From the IMG/VR virus record IMGVR_UViG_3300037420_001376, positions 8,329-72,328 of that record: a DNA stretch of 64,000 nt. One strand, 5' to 3'. Both the position numbers and the translations under genes were made by a program. Shown here piece by piece: positions 36,232-47,126 of the stretch. The DNA comes from a virus. Taxonomy: Duplodnaviria > Caudoviricetes. Each line of letters opens with the position of its first letter. Within the stretch, counting starts at the first letter, position 1. The notes below the pieces were generated by a model. It had not been told where the DNA came from. It did no database searches and worked only from the letters and a program-made list of their open reading frames with translations.

Positions 36232-36477
36232 TTATGTCGGGTTGGCGTCGTACTCCACCGCAGCGGCGGCAGTGACCTTGCCGACGTGCTCTACCAGCAG
36301 CGGAATGCCGTCAATGCTCGACGGAACCTCACCCGCTGGCGGATTCAGCGTGTTGACCTTGAGCACCCAATCGTTCTCGCCCTTGCCATCCAAGGTCAGC
36401 CCAAAGCCGGTGGGCTTTGCTTCTATCAGGTTGTACCAACGTCTCTTGAGGTCACGGACCTCCGACAAGCTAGCCAT
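36232..36477 (-). CDS. Hypothetical protein, 81 aa, about 60% GC
   Basis: AGAGGA RBS; hand count 139/230 G+C. Confidence 0.7.
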   Translation of the reverse strand: MASLSEVRDLKRRWYNLIEAKPTGFGLTLDGKGENDWVLKVNTLNPPAGEVPSSIDGIPLLVEHVGKVTAAAAVEYDANPT

Positions 36478-36526
36478 ATGTTTCCTCTCTGCTGATAATT
36501 TCGCCTTACGTCAACTATCCTTAGTT

Positions 36527-36697
36527 TTATTTCCTGCTATTAAGTGTCGGCATTTTTCTGTTATAAGCGTCGGCATCTCGCATAATGTTTGCCAATTCTA
36601 CAACGTCACCGGCTGTCAGTGATTGAGCGTCTTTAAGATCAAATTCAAGAGCATATCTTTCAAGAAGATCCCTGGCCTGTTGTTCGTAACTTTTCAT
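36527..36697 (-). CDS. Hypothetical protein, 56 aa (not in track)
   Basis: Hand translation MKSYEQQARDLLERYALEF...; TGATG coupling. Confidence 0.6.
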   Translation of the reverse strand: MKSYEQQARDLLERYALEFDLKDAQSLTAGDVVELANIMRDADAYNRKMPTLNSRK

Positions 36698-37377
36698 CAC
36701 CACCTCCTTGGTTGACCACTGGGATAAAAACGTTGCTTAGAGGCTTGGCCACGAAAAATCTCTGGCGCTTGTGGAGACGTAACCGCCTGAAGTTTTTGAA
36801 TATCCTCTTCGGTTAATTTCTTACGAGGTGCAGAAAATTCTACTGATTCTTCAAAAGGACCAACAATACTTTCAACATGTTCTGCCAAAGTCATATCTTT
36901 TTCTTGAATAACCTTGGCGTTAGCACTGGCATCACGCATTTTAAATTCAACATCTTCTGCGTTCCAGCCAATACAATCTGGACACCACGGCGCGTTATGC
37001 TCGTCATAAACAATATCTTTTGGATCAGTTACTCTTCTTTTACACGGTGGTTGATGATATTTGCAGCCTGATGGATGATGCCACACTGCCGGGGCATTAT
37101 TTTCTTTAAAACGCATAATTCCGGCACCATCGACATAACAGCCTGGAACGACTTGCATTCCTTTTGGCACGTTAACCCATGCACCCACCGGCACGTCCAC
37201 CGATTCATAGACGGGTGCGCCTCCGTAATGGGAGCCGCTGTCGGTACGCCCTACCTCATAAATGCCTTGGTCTTGCCTCATCCCTACCGGCACCGGCGTT
37301 AGATGGGGCTTTTTCTCGCTAGAATCCCCGGGTGGCGTCTCAACGAATTTTTTCTTCTTACCTTTTCCCCGGCTCAC
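36697..37377 (-). CDS. Hypothetical protein, 226 aa, Cys/His cluster
   Basis: Long co-directional ORF; HHPSGCKYHQPPC...WCPDC. Confidence 0.7.
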   Translation of the reverse strand: MSRGKGKKKKFVETPPGDSSEKKPHLTPVPVGMRQDQGIYEVGRTDSGSHYGGAPVYESVDVPVGAWVNVPKGMQVVPGCYVDGAGIMRFKENNAPAVWHHPSGCKYHQPPCKRRVTDPKDIVYDEHNAPWCPDCIGWNAEDVEFKMRDASANAKVIQEKDMTLAEHVESIVGPFEESVEFSAPRKKLTEEDIQKLQAVTSPQAPEIFRGQASKQRFYPSGQPRRW

Positions 37378-37479
37378 ATTGACTCCAAAATTTCCAATTG
37401 ATCCTGGGTAATAATGCCTGACATTTTAACCTCTACCATTCCAGCCCATTCGCCCTCTTCAATAATTTTAGACTCTATA

Positions 37480-38508
37480 TTAAGCATTACACTCTACCTT
37501 TTCCCTTTCTTTTTCTACTTGCTTTTTAGCCCACTCAGTTATTTCGCGTAGCGCTGCAATATGTCCAATGAGAGAATGTTTGGAAAACGTGAGAGTTTCA
37601 AACTGATCATCGCTCATGGTTTTACTGTCGCGCTCCAAAATAGCTTCTTCGCGCTGCAATTCCGCATAAAGTTTATTGGCTGTCTCCTGACAATAATCCA
37701 CAAGCTCTTGGCGGGTAATCCACCCATCATATTTACGCGGAGAACTAATAGCACTAGTCATTCTTCAGGAAACCCCACATACTCAACTTGCATTGTCATT
37801 ACTTGATCTTCCCAATTCAGCCCGCCTTCACCACTGAATCTAAATCGGCACTCAACATCACCGATTCTTAGATATATAAATTCATAACGCAATGCTCCTG
37901 ATTTCTTAATAACAGTCAGATTACCGTTATCATCGTATTCTGAATCAGGGTAAAGATTTTTAACTAAAGCCTTATAAAAACGGCTGCCGTCGTCAGCAGC
38001 CAATTCCAGTGTCATTTTAGGCCGAGCATGTCGACGTTCATAAGTATCAATGACGCGCTTTTGGAATTCTTCGTAGGTTTCCCCTTGCCTACGGTTATCT
38101 ATATCATCATTTCCACTGAAGCCATGTGTGCCCACAGTTACCACATTCTCTCATTAAGTGCTTTGAACGTCTCGGGACTCTCTCTTGCATATATGCAAAG
38201 CTAAATTTTTGACACTTAGGGCATTCTTGATAAGCCTGGAACTGATTTAGCTCCCGCTCTCTTCTTAGTATCCAGTCATCATAAAGTTCTATTGGGATAT
38301 TTTGAGTAAGGGTAATCTCTTGGGCTAACTCTTTTACTGAATCTGTAGCATCAGGTAAAACCGTTACTGCGTATCTATTTCTAATTGCGGTTTTATCTTT
38401 CTTATGTGCTTTTCTAGCGTCCGATTTGTAACTGTATATTGCAGTCACTGAACAAGTAAAAGCGCATATCCATATAATGAGCATAACCCGGCCTTGAGAA
38501 TCGCCCAT
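37480..38508 (-). CDS. Three small hypothetical genes (37480-37761, 37758-38144, 38107-38508); the last has a TM segment and a Zn ribbon
   Basis: Overlapping or abutting ORFs; CPKC...CGNCGHTW in 38107-38508. Confidence 0.6.
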
Positions 38509-38678
38509 TAGAACATACCGTTGAGCTTTAGACCATCTATTAAAAGCTTTCTCCCAGCCTCACTGAAGCTAAAGAAATTGCCGTGTTTTTGATAGTTTTT
38601 AATAGCATCAGCTAAAGATTCTTCGATGTAAATCTTTGCATGAAAATCCTTCTTTTCTAAAGGATCGATTGTCGCCAT
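38508..38678 (-). CDS. Ribbon-helix-helix-like DNA-binding protein, 56 aa (not in track)
   Basis: GGAGG RBS; MATIDPLEKKDFHAKIYIEESLADAIKNYQKHGNFFSFSEAGRKLLIDGLKLNGMF has a strand-helix-SxSE-helix pattern. Confidence 0.6.
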   Translation of the reverse strand: MATIDPLEKKDFHAKIYIEESLADAIKNYQKHGNFFSFSEAGRKLLIDGLKLNGMF

Positions 38679-38726
38679 TGTCCTCCCTTCTACCCTCGTG
38701 CCAACTGCTGGCCTTTTGTATTCAGC

Positions 38727-39577
38727 TTACCCTTGGGCTAGCCCACGCGGCAACGATTGAGCCACTGCTTCGGCGGCTGCTTGGGCGGCTCGTCCTATTG
38801 CCTCTAGACTTTGCACAAATGCATCCACGTTGACCGACAGTTCAGCCAAAGCTTTTGCTTGGATTTGGGCTAAAGGAATACACATTCCATCTTCGGCAAC
38901 AATATATTCAGTGATCGAATCATTGCGCATCAACTCTATCCACGCAATATGTTCTAAATCAGATAAAGGTAAAGGCGTCCATGAAACCCAGCGATAAAAC
39001 TTATGGGTAATATCTATGATTCTTTTCATCATAAGGAACTATATCCCATCCGTTAGCCGTCATATATTTAATAAAGTCAGATGCTGCCTTGTTGTATTTA
39101 ATTTCCCTAGTGCACCCAAGGTCTTCAAACATATCTTCTATCCACCCGGCTATATCTGCACGCTTATCTCTGTAAGTTTCGCTTTGGGTCATTACTTGTC
39201 GACAACCTCGGCAACAATTTCATCAGAGTCAGGGTCATTAATTATCACAATCTCTTCTCGGGTTACCCGCCACACCCGAACACGACCGGTGTTAGCACCA
39301 TAGGCAATAATCAATTCCTTTTCCCACTCTTCATAAGTAGGCGGTTTTTCCTCACTGCTATAACGCTGGACAAACTCTTCATAATCTGCGGTACGACTTG
39401 GCTCAGCCATACGGCCAGCTTGAAATTCAAGATGATGCCTAATTGTCATTTACTGTTCTTCTTTCTTAAATATTCTATCGTTGGTTGAGCAGCGTGAGTT
39501 TGTCGCTTGTGCTTATGATGCCATGCGCCACGATGATAATAAATCTCTTGTGGATTTACTATGCACCATTTGCACAT
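38727..39577 (-). CDS. Four small hypothetical genes (38727-39032, 39001-39192, 39192-39449, 39446-39577)
   Basis: Translationally coupled ORFs; the last (43 aa) by hand translation. Confidence 0.55.
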
Positions 39578-39579
39578 TA

Positions 39580-40347
39580 TCACTTAGCAAACCTTACTCT
39601 TTCTCCCTTGGCAATTCGCCTGGGCTTCAACGGTTTTGATTCTAAACTATCCTCTGGCTCTCGACTACTACCAGTGAATTGACTATAACGCTCTTGTTTC
39701 CACGGGTCACCGAATTTGTCTGGCCATGCGCGCCAACGGTTTTCGGCTGATTTTTGACCTCCACCATGACACGTCCGCAAAAAATAAAAGGCGTGTCTAG
39801 TCGCGTCTCGTGCGTGTCTGCCTCCGGTGCGATCGAATAGCCCCCAGCGTTGCAGGCGCTTGTCGGCGCAGGTGGTTTTTGCCATAGAGCGGTTTTGGAT
39901 GAAAAGCTTTGAGTAGAACGGCATTTCAGCGTCGATATACATCGCATAGGACAGCATCGACATAATGCGAACCGGACTCAGCGTGTGGCGGGCTTGGTCG
40001 ATTTTGGAGAAGTCAATAATGAAGTCTTCCACCACAATTGCTGGATCGGGTAGTTTCCAAATAAGGTCCATCATTTTGGAAACACCGACTGCCTCAGCGC
40101 CAAAAGAGATTCCGGCGTGTTTATGCACGACGTCATCCCAACCACCGGTACCGACACAATCAATTTGGCCGTAATCGATATAGGCAATGCCGTGTTGTAA
40201 TTCTTTGAAAGCCCCTGGACCACCGATTAATTGATCGGGGTGTATGCCCATCACACACCAGCCGGTGGTTTCACCGGGATCAAAAGCTACGACATGACAA
40301 AGCTTTTGAGGATCAACCGTTCCAATCCCTCTGCGATAATCAGGCAT
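39580..40347 (-). CDS. RuvC-like Holliday junction resolvase, 255 aa
   Basis: VVAFDPGETTG, IVVEDF and HARDA RNase H-fold acidic triad. Confidence 0.85.
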   Translation of the reverse strand: MPDYRRGIGTVDPQKLCHVVAFDPGETTGWCVMGIHPDQLIGGPGAFKELQHGIAYIDYGQIDCVGTGGWDDVVHKHAGISFGAEAVGVSKMMDLIWKLPDPAIVVEDFIIDFSKIDQARHTLSPVRIMSMLSYAMYIDAEMPFYSKLFIQNRSMAKTTCADKRLQRWGLFDRTGGRHARDATRHAFYFLRTCHGGGQKSAENRWRAWPDKFGDPWKQERYSQFTGSSREPEDSLESKPLKPRRIAKGERVRFAK

Positions 40348-40872
40348 TTACGCGCCCACCTTTTTAAGCAATTGATTGAGCTTGGAAAGCAGTCCATCGC
40401 GCAAGGTCAATTGCTCACCATTGGCGTTGAGTCCCCAGCTAGGCCAGTGTGGATCGGTAGAAGTCGAGCCCACCGGCGATGGCCCGAATTGCGCTAAAAC
40501 CTGATCAAGCTTTGTGTTAATGGCATTGAGTAATTCGCGATCCTCGGGTGTCATTTCTAAGTCCCTATTGTTGTAGTAGTAAAAGTATTCAGAGGCTTTA
40601 TCGATATGTGGATAGATGTATCGCTTTTTGAAGTCTTGATAAAAGGTGGTTTCAACATGAAAATATTCTGCTAAAGCATATCCTTGGTCAATATGCTTTG
40701 CAGAAACAGATTCAAAGTTTTTAACGAATTCTTCTACGTTATAACCGTTATTCCATTCAGCCTCTATTGCCCAAGCTAGAACGTGAATAGTAGCTGCCGG
40801 TTGAATCGGTAGAACTTCACAGGCTTTACATATTCTTTCATAGTCCATCTTGAACCTTTGGTTTGCGTACAT
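40348..40872 (-). CDS. Hypothetical protein whose C-terminus resembles actinophage lysin C-terminal motif, 174 aa
   Basis: DQVLAQFG...WPSWGLNANGEQLTLRDG. Confidence 0.55.
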   Translation of the reverse strand: MYANQRFKMDYERICKACEVLPIQPAATIHVLAWAIEAEWNNGYNVEEFVKNFESVSAKHIDQGYALAEYFHVETTFYQDFKKRYIYPHIDKASEYFYYYNNRDLEMTPEDRELLNAINTKLDQVLAQFGPSPVGSTSTDPHWPSWGLNANGEQLTLRDGLLSKLNQLLKKVGA

Positions 40873-40881
40873 TATCCATTA

Positions 40882-41681
40882 TTACCCACCCATTTCTTTT
40901 AACGATTCCCTGTCTTTTGTGGTGTCTAACTTTGGTTTGCGCGCATTATCTAACATCATATCGGCGAAATGTTCTTTCCAAATAAATTGCCAATTCCACG
41001 CAGCTAAGAAAGCTTCGCCAATTTTCTTAGCGTCATCAGGCTGCAGGAATTCATCTCTGTCATCTTTAAAATCAACAGTCCACTTATCATCTTGTATGGC
41101 ATAAGTTGCAATAACAGACACAGTGTCTAAAATAGGTTCCCATACCCATTGATATGTATATTCTGCTACTAATTGGCTCTTAGGCAAAGGTAATTGCCCT
41201 TGCGCTTGGGGAGTTTCGTCGGCATCGTTTTGAGATTCGGTGGCCTTTTCTTTAGCCTCTTCTGCAACCTTGGCCAGAATTTCTCTAAGACCTTGGCCTT
41301 TAGCATTACGAGGAAATTGTGATTTATTACTCATGATTTTGTTCCAGGCATTGACATGTACCGAATTTTATTTGGGTCGTCTACATCTGTGTATGACTTA
41401 CCGCCATCTGTTGAAAACATACGAGAACAACGACGGTTTTGCCACATGCCGTAACCAACTTCAATCCAGTCTTCAGGATTATCGGTTAACGGAGCCAGGT
41501 TTTCAAATTGCAATAACTTATTGATAGTAGGAATAGCAACTGACGCTGAACCACCTGAATGGCCCATATCAGCAAAGGCTTGAATTACCTTGAGATAACC
41601 TTTAATGGTTTCAGGTTCTTCTCCTATTAATTCTAACTCTCGTTTTGCATGAATAACTAAATTACTATCTTCACCACTCAT
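40882..41681 (-). CDS. Two hypothetical genes (40882-41334, 41331-41681)
   Basis: Coupled ORFs; the second has GHSGGSA...PLT...WQNRRCSRMFS. Confidence 0.7.
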
Positions 41682-41689
41682 TTTTCCTC

Positions 41690-44600
41690 CTAATCCGGAT
41701 CGAAAACCCAGAGGTTTCGGGCTTGTATTCTATTTGGTCGCCCGGTAAAAGTTCTTCCCCAGACAACGACAATACTGTCGTTTTCGACAATGTTTGAGAT
41801 TGCCTCACTGAGATTATCGTAGACCCACCGACTAACATTGATTGATACTTCTGCTGATTCATCGTAAGCAAATAGCGTGGCTTTCTTGGATTTATCCGGC
41901 TCATCCATTTCAGCACGAATTTCTTCAACCGATTTTCCGGTTTTGACTCGCAATGTGTCGATTTCATCTTTTTCATGAATGTTGGAAACCAATCCAACCC
42001 ATGCCACCCAGTTTTCTTCGCCAGGTATATCTGACCCTCCGGTGAGTTCAGAAACTTCCTCAGACGAACTGCTTCCGGCGAATTCACTAGCTGTTGTGCC
42101 CACGAATTGGTCGATATCGGGGAGACCGATTTCTGCGAATTCTCCATTAATCAACTGCTTTCTAAATAGTCCTAATTGATGCGATGTTTTGAAGATTTCC
42201 AGAGGATCATCTTTACAGCAGAACATGATCATTTTTTCAACTGTTGGCAGCCCAATACCTTTGATTTGTATGAGGCTTGCCCAACCAGCGGCATCATCAG
42301 TTAACCCGCCACGGGTTTCTATGAAGTCACCAATGTCTTTTGCGGTGAATTCTCCAATAGTTTCAATCTGCTTATAGCCGGGGATAATGCACGGGTGTCC
42401 ATCTATTTTATTATCTAAAGTTCCGACATACCAATTGCCTCGCATAAGGTTTGGTGTCATCGGAGCAATAGAATACCCGTGCTCGATATAGTCTTGCAGA
42501 ACTTTTGTACGGCGCGCTATATCGTTTTTGCCGTCTCCATTTTTCGCTAGAGTTGCAGCATAAAATTCTAATGGATGATGAATTTTAAAGTACGCTTGCC
42601 ACCAGGCTACGAGGGCATAGCTATAAGCGTGTGAAGTATTGAATGCGTATCCAGCAGCAGTTGTGATTCCACTCCATACTTTGCTAGCAGCGTCTTCTGA
42701 AACACCGTTACTCGCGCAACCGTCTCTGAATTCTCCCCACAATTCTTTGAATTGAAATTCTCCAAGCTTCTTTCCGATAATCTTACGAACCTTGAGAACT
42801 CGTTCCGTAGAGAATCCAGCAAGGTCACGGAGAATCCACATGATTTGCTCTTGATAAACAATCTGGCCATATGTCCATTCGACATGTCTATCGAAGCCAG
42901 TTGGATGTATACGTTCCCAGTCTCGTTCGCCATTTTTTACCTTAATGTATTCACTAGTCTGTCCTCCGTACAGTGGTCCAGGGCGAGATAATGCGTTACA
43001 TGCGGCTAGTTCATCGAAATTATCTGGTTGCACGTCCCTTGTGACTTGCCGGGTAGTTCCACCTTCATATTGGAAGATGCCGGTAATGTCATCATCTCTA
43101 AAAAGCTGCAATATTCTATCGTTTTCGCCGTATGATACGTTCTCGGAATTGGAATAAAAAAGACTATAAAGTTCATCTAAACTCATTCCCGTCCATTTAC
43201 GACATAAGCCGATCATCCCCATGGTCGTTAGACCAAGGAAATCCATTTTGAGAAGGTTTAAGTATTCTGCGTCTCGTTTTTCATAGGGAATGACTTGAAC
43301 AGAAACTCTCGCACGCCCTGTACCTTTTGTTTTTTCATAAATTGGGCATGTTTCCGGTATGGGTTGTGACGAGATAACAAATCCCCCAGCATGAATACCC
43401 ATTGAGTGTTCCATGTCTTCGAGTCGCATTGCTTCATTAATCTTATCCCAATGACTATCAAGAAGTTCTGATATTTTAGGATGATTGCGATACGCCGTGA
43501 TCGTATCTTCAATTGAATCAGCAAGGCGCTCGTCAGTTTCGACTCTATCGGGAATTCTCTTACCGATTTCGTTGAAAAAGTTGCGCGGCAAACCATAAGC
43601 TGCCGCAACACCAGCCAAAGCGGCTTTTCCTCGATACTTGTTATGGTTGGCGACGTGGCAGACGTTTTCTGGTCCATATATTTCTTGAGCTCTTCCGACA
43701 ATATGCTCTCGTTTTTCATCATCAAAATCCAAATCTATATCGGGCATATCAGTTCTGGACGGGTCAATAAATCGCTCGAAAATCATGCGAGAAAACGTCG
43801 GGTGCAACGGGTCTATCTCGGTGATACCGAGTACATAGCATATGAGCGAACCGGCTGCTGAGCCGCGTCCCGGCCCAACGGTGATGTCCTGGGCTGGTTG
43901 CTTGCACCAGGCGACTAGATCGGCCACAGATAAAAAATAATCGGCAAAGTCCTTGTCAGCAATTACTTTAAGTTCGTGTTGGATTCTTTTATTGTATTCG
44001 GCACGCCGGGATTGTAAATCGGGCCGCTGTTCACATCGTTTCTTCCACCCTCGCTTGATAAAATCTTTAAGAGTAAGGATGGCGGCGAATCCGGCAATAG
44101 TATCCCTATCGGCTTCGCTGGGTTCGCCTTTTCCGCAAGCAAAACCCCCGGCTTTAACACCTGGAAAGCGAAGTTTCTTCGCTTTCGGTAATTCCACAGT
44201 GCATTTCTCAGCGAGGTTTGCACTTGCCTGTATCGCGGCTTTGGAATCCTTACGATTGAGTCCCGTGGCAACCAAGTCATCTTCTATTTCCTTATCGCTT
44301 TCTGGATAAGTTAACTTAGCGTTGAGTTCCCAACTTGCGTCTTGTGCGAATTCGGGTTGAGTATTTGCCCAGCGGCTCGCATGCAAAATCGCTTGAATAC
44401 GCCGGTCTGCAATGTGGGGATAATGTACGTCAGCCGTAGCAATAAGGGATATTCCGAAATCTTTTGCCAATTGTGCGAACGTCGGATTGAGCGCACAAGT
44501 ACGCTCATAGTAAGGAAATCTCTGAACTTCCAAGAAAAATCTGTCGGGACCAAATACATCAATGAACCATTGTAATTTCCGATTAACACGCTCCCTATCG

Positions 44601-45091
44601 CTGGGAGATAAACCGTGTGTCCGTAATGTTTCAGGCTCCCTTCTCTCACCAAGGAACTTTCCACCCAACAGTGTGCATGATATGAGAGAATCTGCACATC
44701 CCGACAAAACAACGATTCCCTCATTATACCTCTTCAAACTAGAAGGTGAAACTGTGGGCCATTTATTAAAAGTGTTCTGATAAGACTCAGTGACTATTTT
44801 GTTGAGGTTGTGGTAACCCTCTTGGTTTTGCGCAAAGATTGTAAGGTGCGTTTTCGAGCGCGTTTGTTTTTCTCCGACTGGGCCAAAATACGCCTCAAGT
44901 CCGAAGATCGGTTTAATCCCCGCTTCTTTGCAGTGTCTTTCAAGTGCTGCATGTGAGTTAACATTGCCGTGTTCGCTAACAGCAAGGCTAGACATACCAA
45001 GATCAGCGACACGTTTGACATGTTGTTCTACCGTTCCAAATCCATCAGCATGAGAATGTGTGGTGTGAGTATGAAATGATACCCATTTCAT
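41690..45091 (-). CDS. dnaE: DNA polymerase III alpha subunit (DnaE-like), 1133 aa
   Basis: PHP FHTHTTHSHADG; GPGRGSAAGS; MPDIDLDF; KMDFLGL; GIFQYE; YAFNTSHA. Confidence 0.95.
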   Translation of the reverse strand: MKWVSFHTHTTHSHADGFGTVEQHVKRVADLGMSSLAVSEHGNVNSHAALERHCKEAGIKPIFGLEAYFGPVGEKQTRSKTHLTIFAQNQEGYHNLNKIVTESYQNTFNKWPTVSPSSLKRYNEGIVVLSGCADSLISCTLLGGKFLGERREPETLRTHGLSPSDRERVNRKLQWFIDVFGPDRFFLEVQRFPYYERTCALNPTFAQLAKDFGISLIATADVHYPHIADRRIQAILHASRWANTQPEFAQDASWELNAKLTYPESDKEIEDDLVATGLNRKDSKAAIQASANLAEKCTVELPKAKKLRFPGVKAGGFACGKGEPSEADRDTIAGFAAILTLKDFIKRGWKKRCEQRPDLQSRRAEYNKRIQHELKVIADKDFADYFLSVADLVAWCKQPAQDITVGPGRGSAAGSLICYVLGITEIDPLHPTFSRMIFERFIDPSRTDMPDIDLDFDDEKREHIVGRAQEIYGPENVCHVANHNKYRGKAALAGVAAAYGLPRNFFNEIGKRIPDRVETDERLADSIEDTITAYRNHPKISELLDSHWDKINEAMRLEDMEHSMGIHAGGFVISSQPIPETCPIYEKTKGTGRARVSVQVIPYEKRDAEYLNLLKMDFLGLTTMGMIGLCRKWTGMSLDELYSLFYSNSENVSYGENDRILQLFRDDDITGIFQYEGGTTRQVTRDVQPDNFDELAACNALSRPGPLYGGQTSEYIKVKNGERDWERIHPTGFDRHVEWTYGQIVYQEQIMWILRDLAGFSTERVLKVRKIIGKKLGEFQFKELWGEFRDGCASNGVSEDAASKVWSGITTAAGYAFNTSHAYSYALVAWWQAYFKIHHPLEFYAATLAKNGDGKNDIARRTKVLQDYIEHGYSIAPMTPNLMRGNWYVGTLDNKIDGHPCIIPGYKQIETIGEFTAKDIGDFIETRGGLTDDAAGWASLIQIKGIGLPTVEKMIMFCCKDDPLEIFKTSHQLGLFRKQLINGEFAEIGLPDIDQFVGTTASEFAGSSSSEEVSELTGGSDIPGEENWVAWVGLVSNIHEKDEIDTLRVKTGKSVEEIRAEMDEPDKSKKATLFAYDESAEVSINVSRWVYDNLSEAISNIVENDSIVVVWGRTFTGRPNRIQARNLWVFDPD

Positions 45092-46523
45092 TTGCTCACC
45101 CTGGTTGCAGTGTGAAAGCGATAATCACCTATGAGTGGAACGCTACTAAATTCATTAAAAACGCCTTGAATTTCTTTCCCTATTCCATCTTCTATATGCC
45201 TTAAAGCATCACAGGCGTCTTTGAACTTACCGATTTCCAATGCATCATCGTCCATCTCAAGCCAAACACTTATTTCCAACCTACCGTGATTCTTAGTTCG
45301 TTTACGAGGATCGGATGGAATATTGGTGCCAGGTACTTTTGGTTCTTCTCTAACAGGCATATCTTGTTCATCACTCATTGCAAACCACCAAACAAATCGC
45401 TTAAACTTGTGCTGCCAAAACCAGGGCGCTCACGTCGCCCACCGTTAGCCTTACGACGTGCAGTCAAATATCCGTAAGCCACAGCTTTGGGCATATTTTC
45501 AGTGAGCTTTCTTTCTGCCTCACTCAAACCCATTTTTTCCAACAAAAACTCATACTGTTCCGGAAGCACTTTTTACCTTTCCATTCCACATTTCATGCAA
45601 GACAGTAAGTGCCATGAATTAACCCAATTACATTTTAGGCATTTCCACATTTTCCGCAGCCCTTTTCTGGTCTATTTCAGTTTGTCGTTTGGAATATTCT
45701 TGCGCCATACCCCGCCAGCGGACCACTAATTCACGTAATGCTTGCGCTTTATACGCAGAACTTAAACCACTGTCTAGGGCTTGCTCTAAACCACTAGCGC
45801 AACCGCTTAAAGTTCCTGATAGGTGAGCATAAACAGAATTATCAGAGGTTTCATCTGGCGCTATTTGATTGGCAATTCGATGAATATCGTCACAGAGGCG
45901 AGAAAACAATTCAAATTCAGGGTTGGTAACAATGCTCTTTTTTATCGGCACTCTGAAACCTTCTGGCGGCCCAGGATCAGGACGTGGAAAACGCAATTCA
46001 TCATTCTCTAAGTCATTCATCAAACGCCCACCCAGCTATCGTGGCGGGAAAAACTTGAATAGTTTTCTTAGCAGTTACCAGTAAAGGGCCATCGACGCTA
46101 GCTTTAAACTCAATAAAGGGAACGCCTTTATTGGTTTTATAAAGTTTAAATGAGCCTTTGACAATTTCAATCCACTCACCGCTGGCCATTTTAACGTGAG
46201 TGATTTCTTGGGAATGGGCTTGTGGAGCCTCAGTTGCGTTCCCGCCTTGAGCTAACTCCGTGAAGTCTACTGCTGGTTCCTTGGTCCCGGCTTCCTTCAT
46301 TGCCTATTCCTCCAAATTGTTCTTGATTAATCTCAGTAATACTTGTTGTTTCTGTTTCCAGTAAGTCGAGTTGAGTAGTCGCTGTTTCCTCAATATAAAA
46401 ACCCTTGTCAACAAGGGCTTTAGCTTTATCTTGATCTTCAGCGAAGACAAAATATCCAGTGGCTTGCAAGACTGTATCTTGTTTAACAACTAAAAAGAGT
46501 CTCTTGTCAACCACGATGATCAT
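45088..46523 (-). CDS. Five small hypothetical genes (45088-45378, 45375-45569, 45628-46023, 46013-46300, 46230-46523)
   Basis: Co-directional, mostly coupled ORFs. Confidence 0.6.
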
Positions 46524-46671
46524 TCCCCTGCGCGCTAATATTGCGAATATCAGTCACACTGGGTAATTTAGTATTCTCCGCTATTTCAGATAATTTCCCA
46601 TAAATGGTCGCACTCACTATAAATGTCCACACAAACTGTAAAATCGTAAACACCATTATGGTAGTTAACAT
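46507..46671 (-). CDS. Small membrane protein, 54 aa (not in track)
   Basis: Hand translation MLTTIMVFTILQFVWTFIVSATIYGKLSE... Confidence 0.55.
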   Translation of the reverse strand: MLTTIMVFTILQFVWTFIVSATIYGKLSEIAENTKLPSVTDIRNISAQGNDHRG

Positions 46672-46717
46672 TCGTTTCTCTTATCCTTTCCTTTTTTATC
46701 TTTGATTTGTGGTAATT

Positions 46718-46793
<76 letters not shown>

Positions 46794-46962
46794 TCGCACC
46801 GAAAAGTGAAGGGATGCCCCAAAGATTATGAGTCTTTGTTGCCACTTTTCGGATTGACCACATTTTTCCAGACCCTCATCCGGTGGTTATGTGGAACCAG
46901 GAATTCGGGGTAACCCGTGTCAGTTGCGTATCTGACCTCATTCCGTCTACCCTGCCTTTCCG

Positions 46963-47047
46963 TGTCTCCGGTGGGACTTGAACCCACAAAGTCTTTCGAC
47001 CGACAGATTTTAAGTCTGTTGCGTTTGCCAAATTTCGCCACGGAGAC
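46963..47047 (-). tRNA. tRNA-Leu(UAA)
   Basis: GTCTCCG/CGGAGAC acceptor, loop CTTAAAA, long variable arm, GGTTCAAGTCC; CCA not encoded. Confidence 0.92.
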
Positions 47048-47126
47048 AAAGGAATTGGTGGGACTTACAGCCCCTTTGCGACCCGGCCAACCCGGCGCAG
47101 CACGCCCACCAATTCCGGCTATTTAG

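Noticed and set aside
27219-45091. Inteins or introns in terminase, primase or DnaE
   Set aside because: Lengths are normal, reading frames are continuous, and no intein junction or LAGLIDADG motifs were seen.
46826-47126. ORFs 46826-47041 (-) and 46917-47126 (+)
   Set aside because: Both overlap the well-formed tRNA-Leu.
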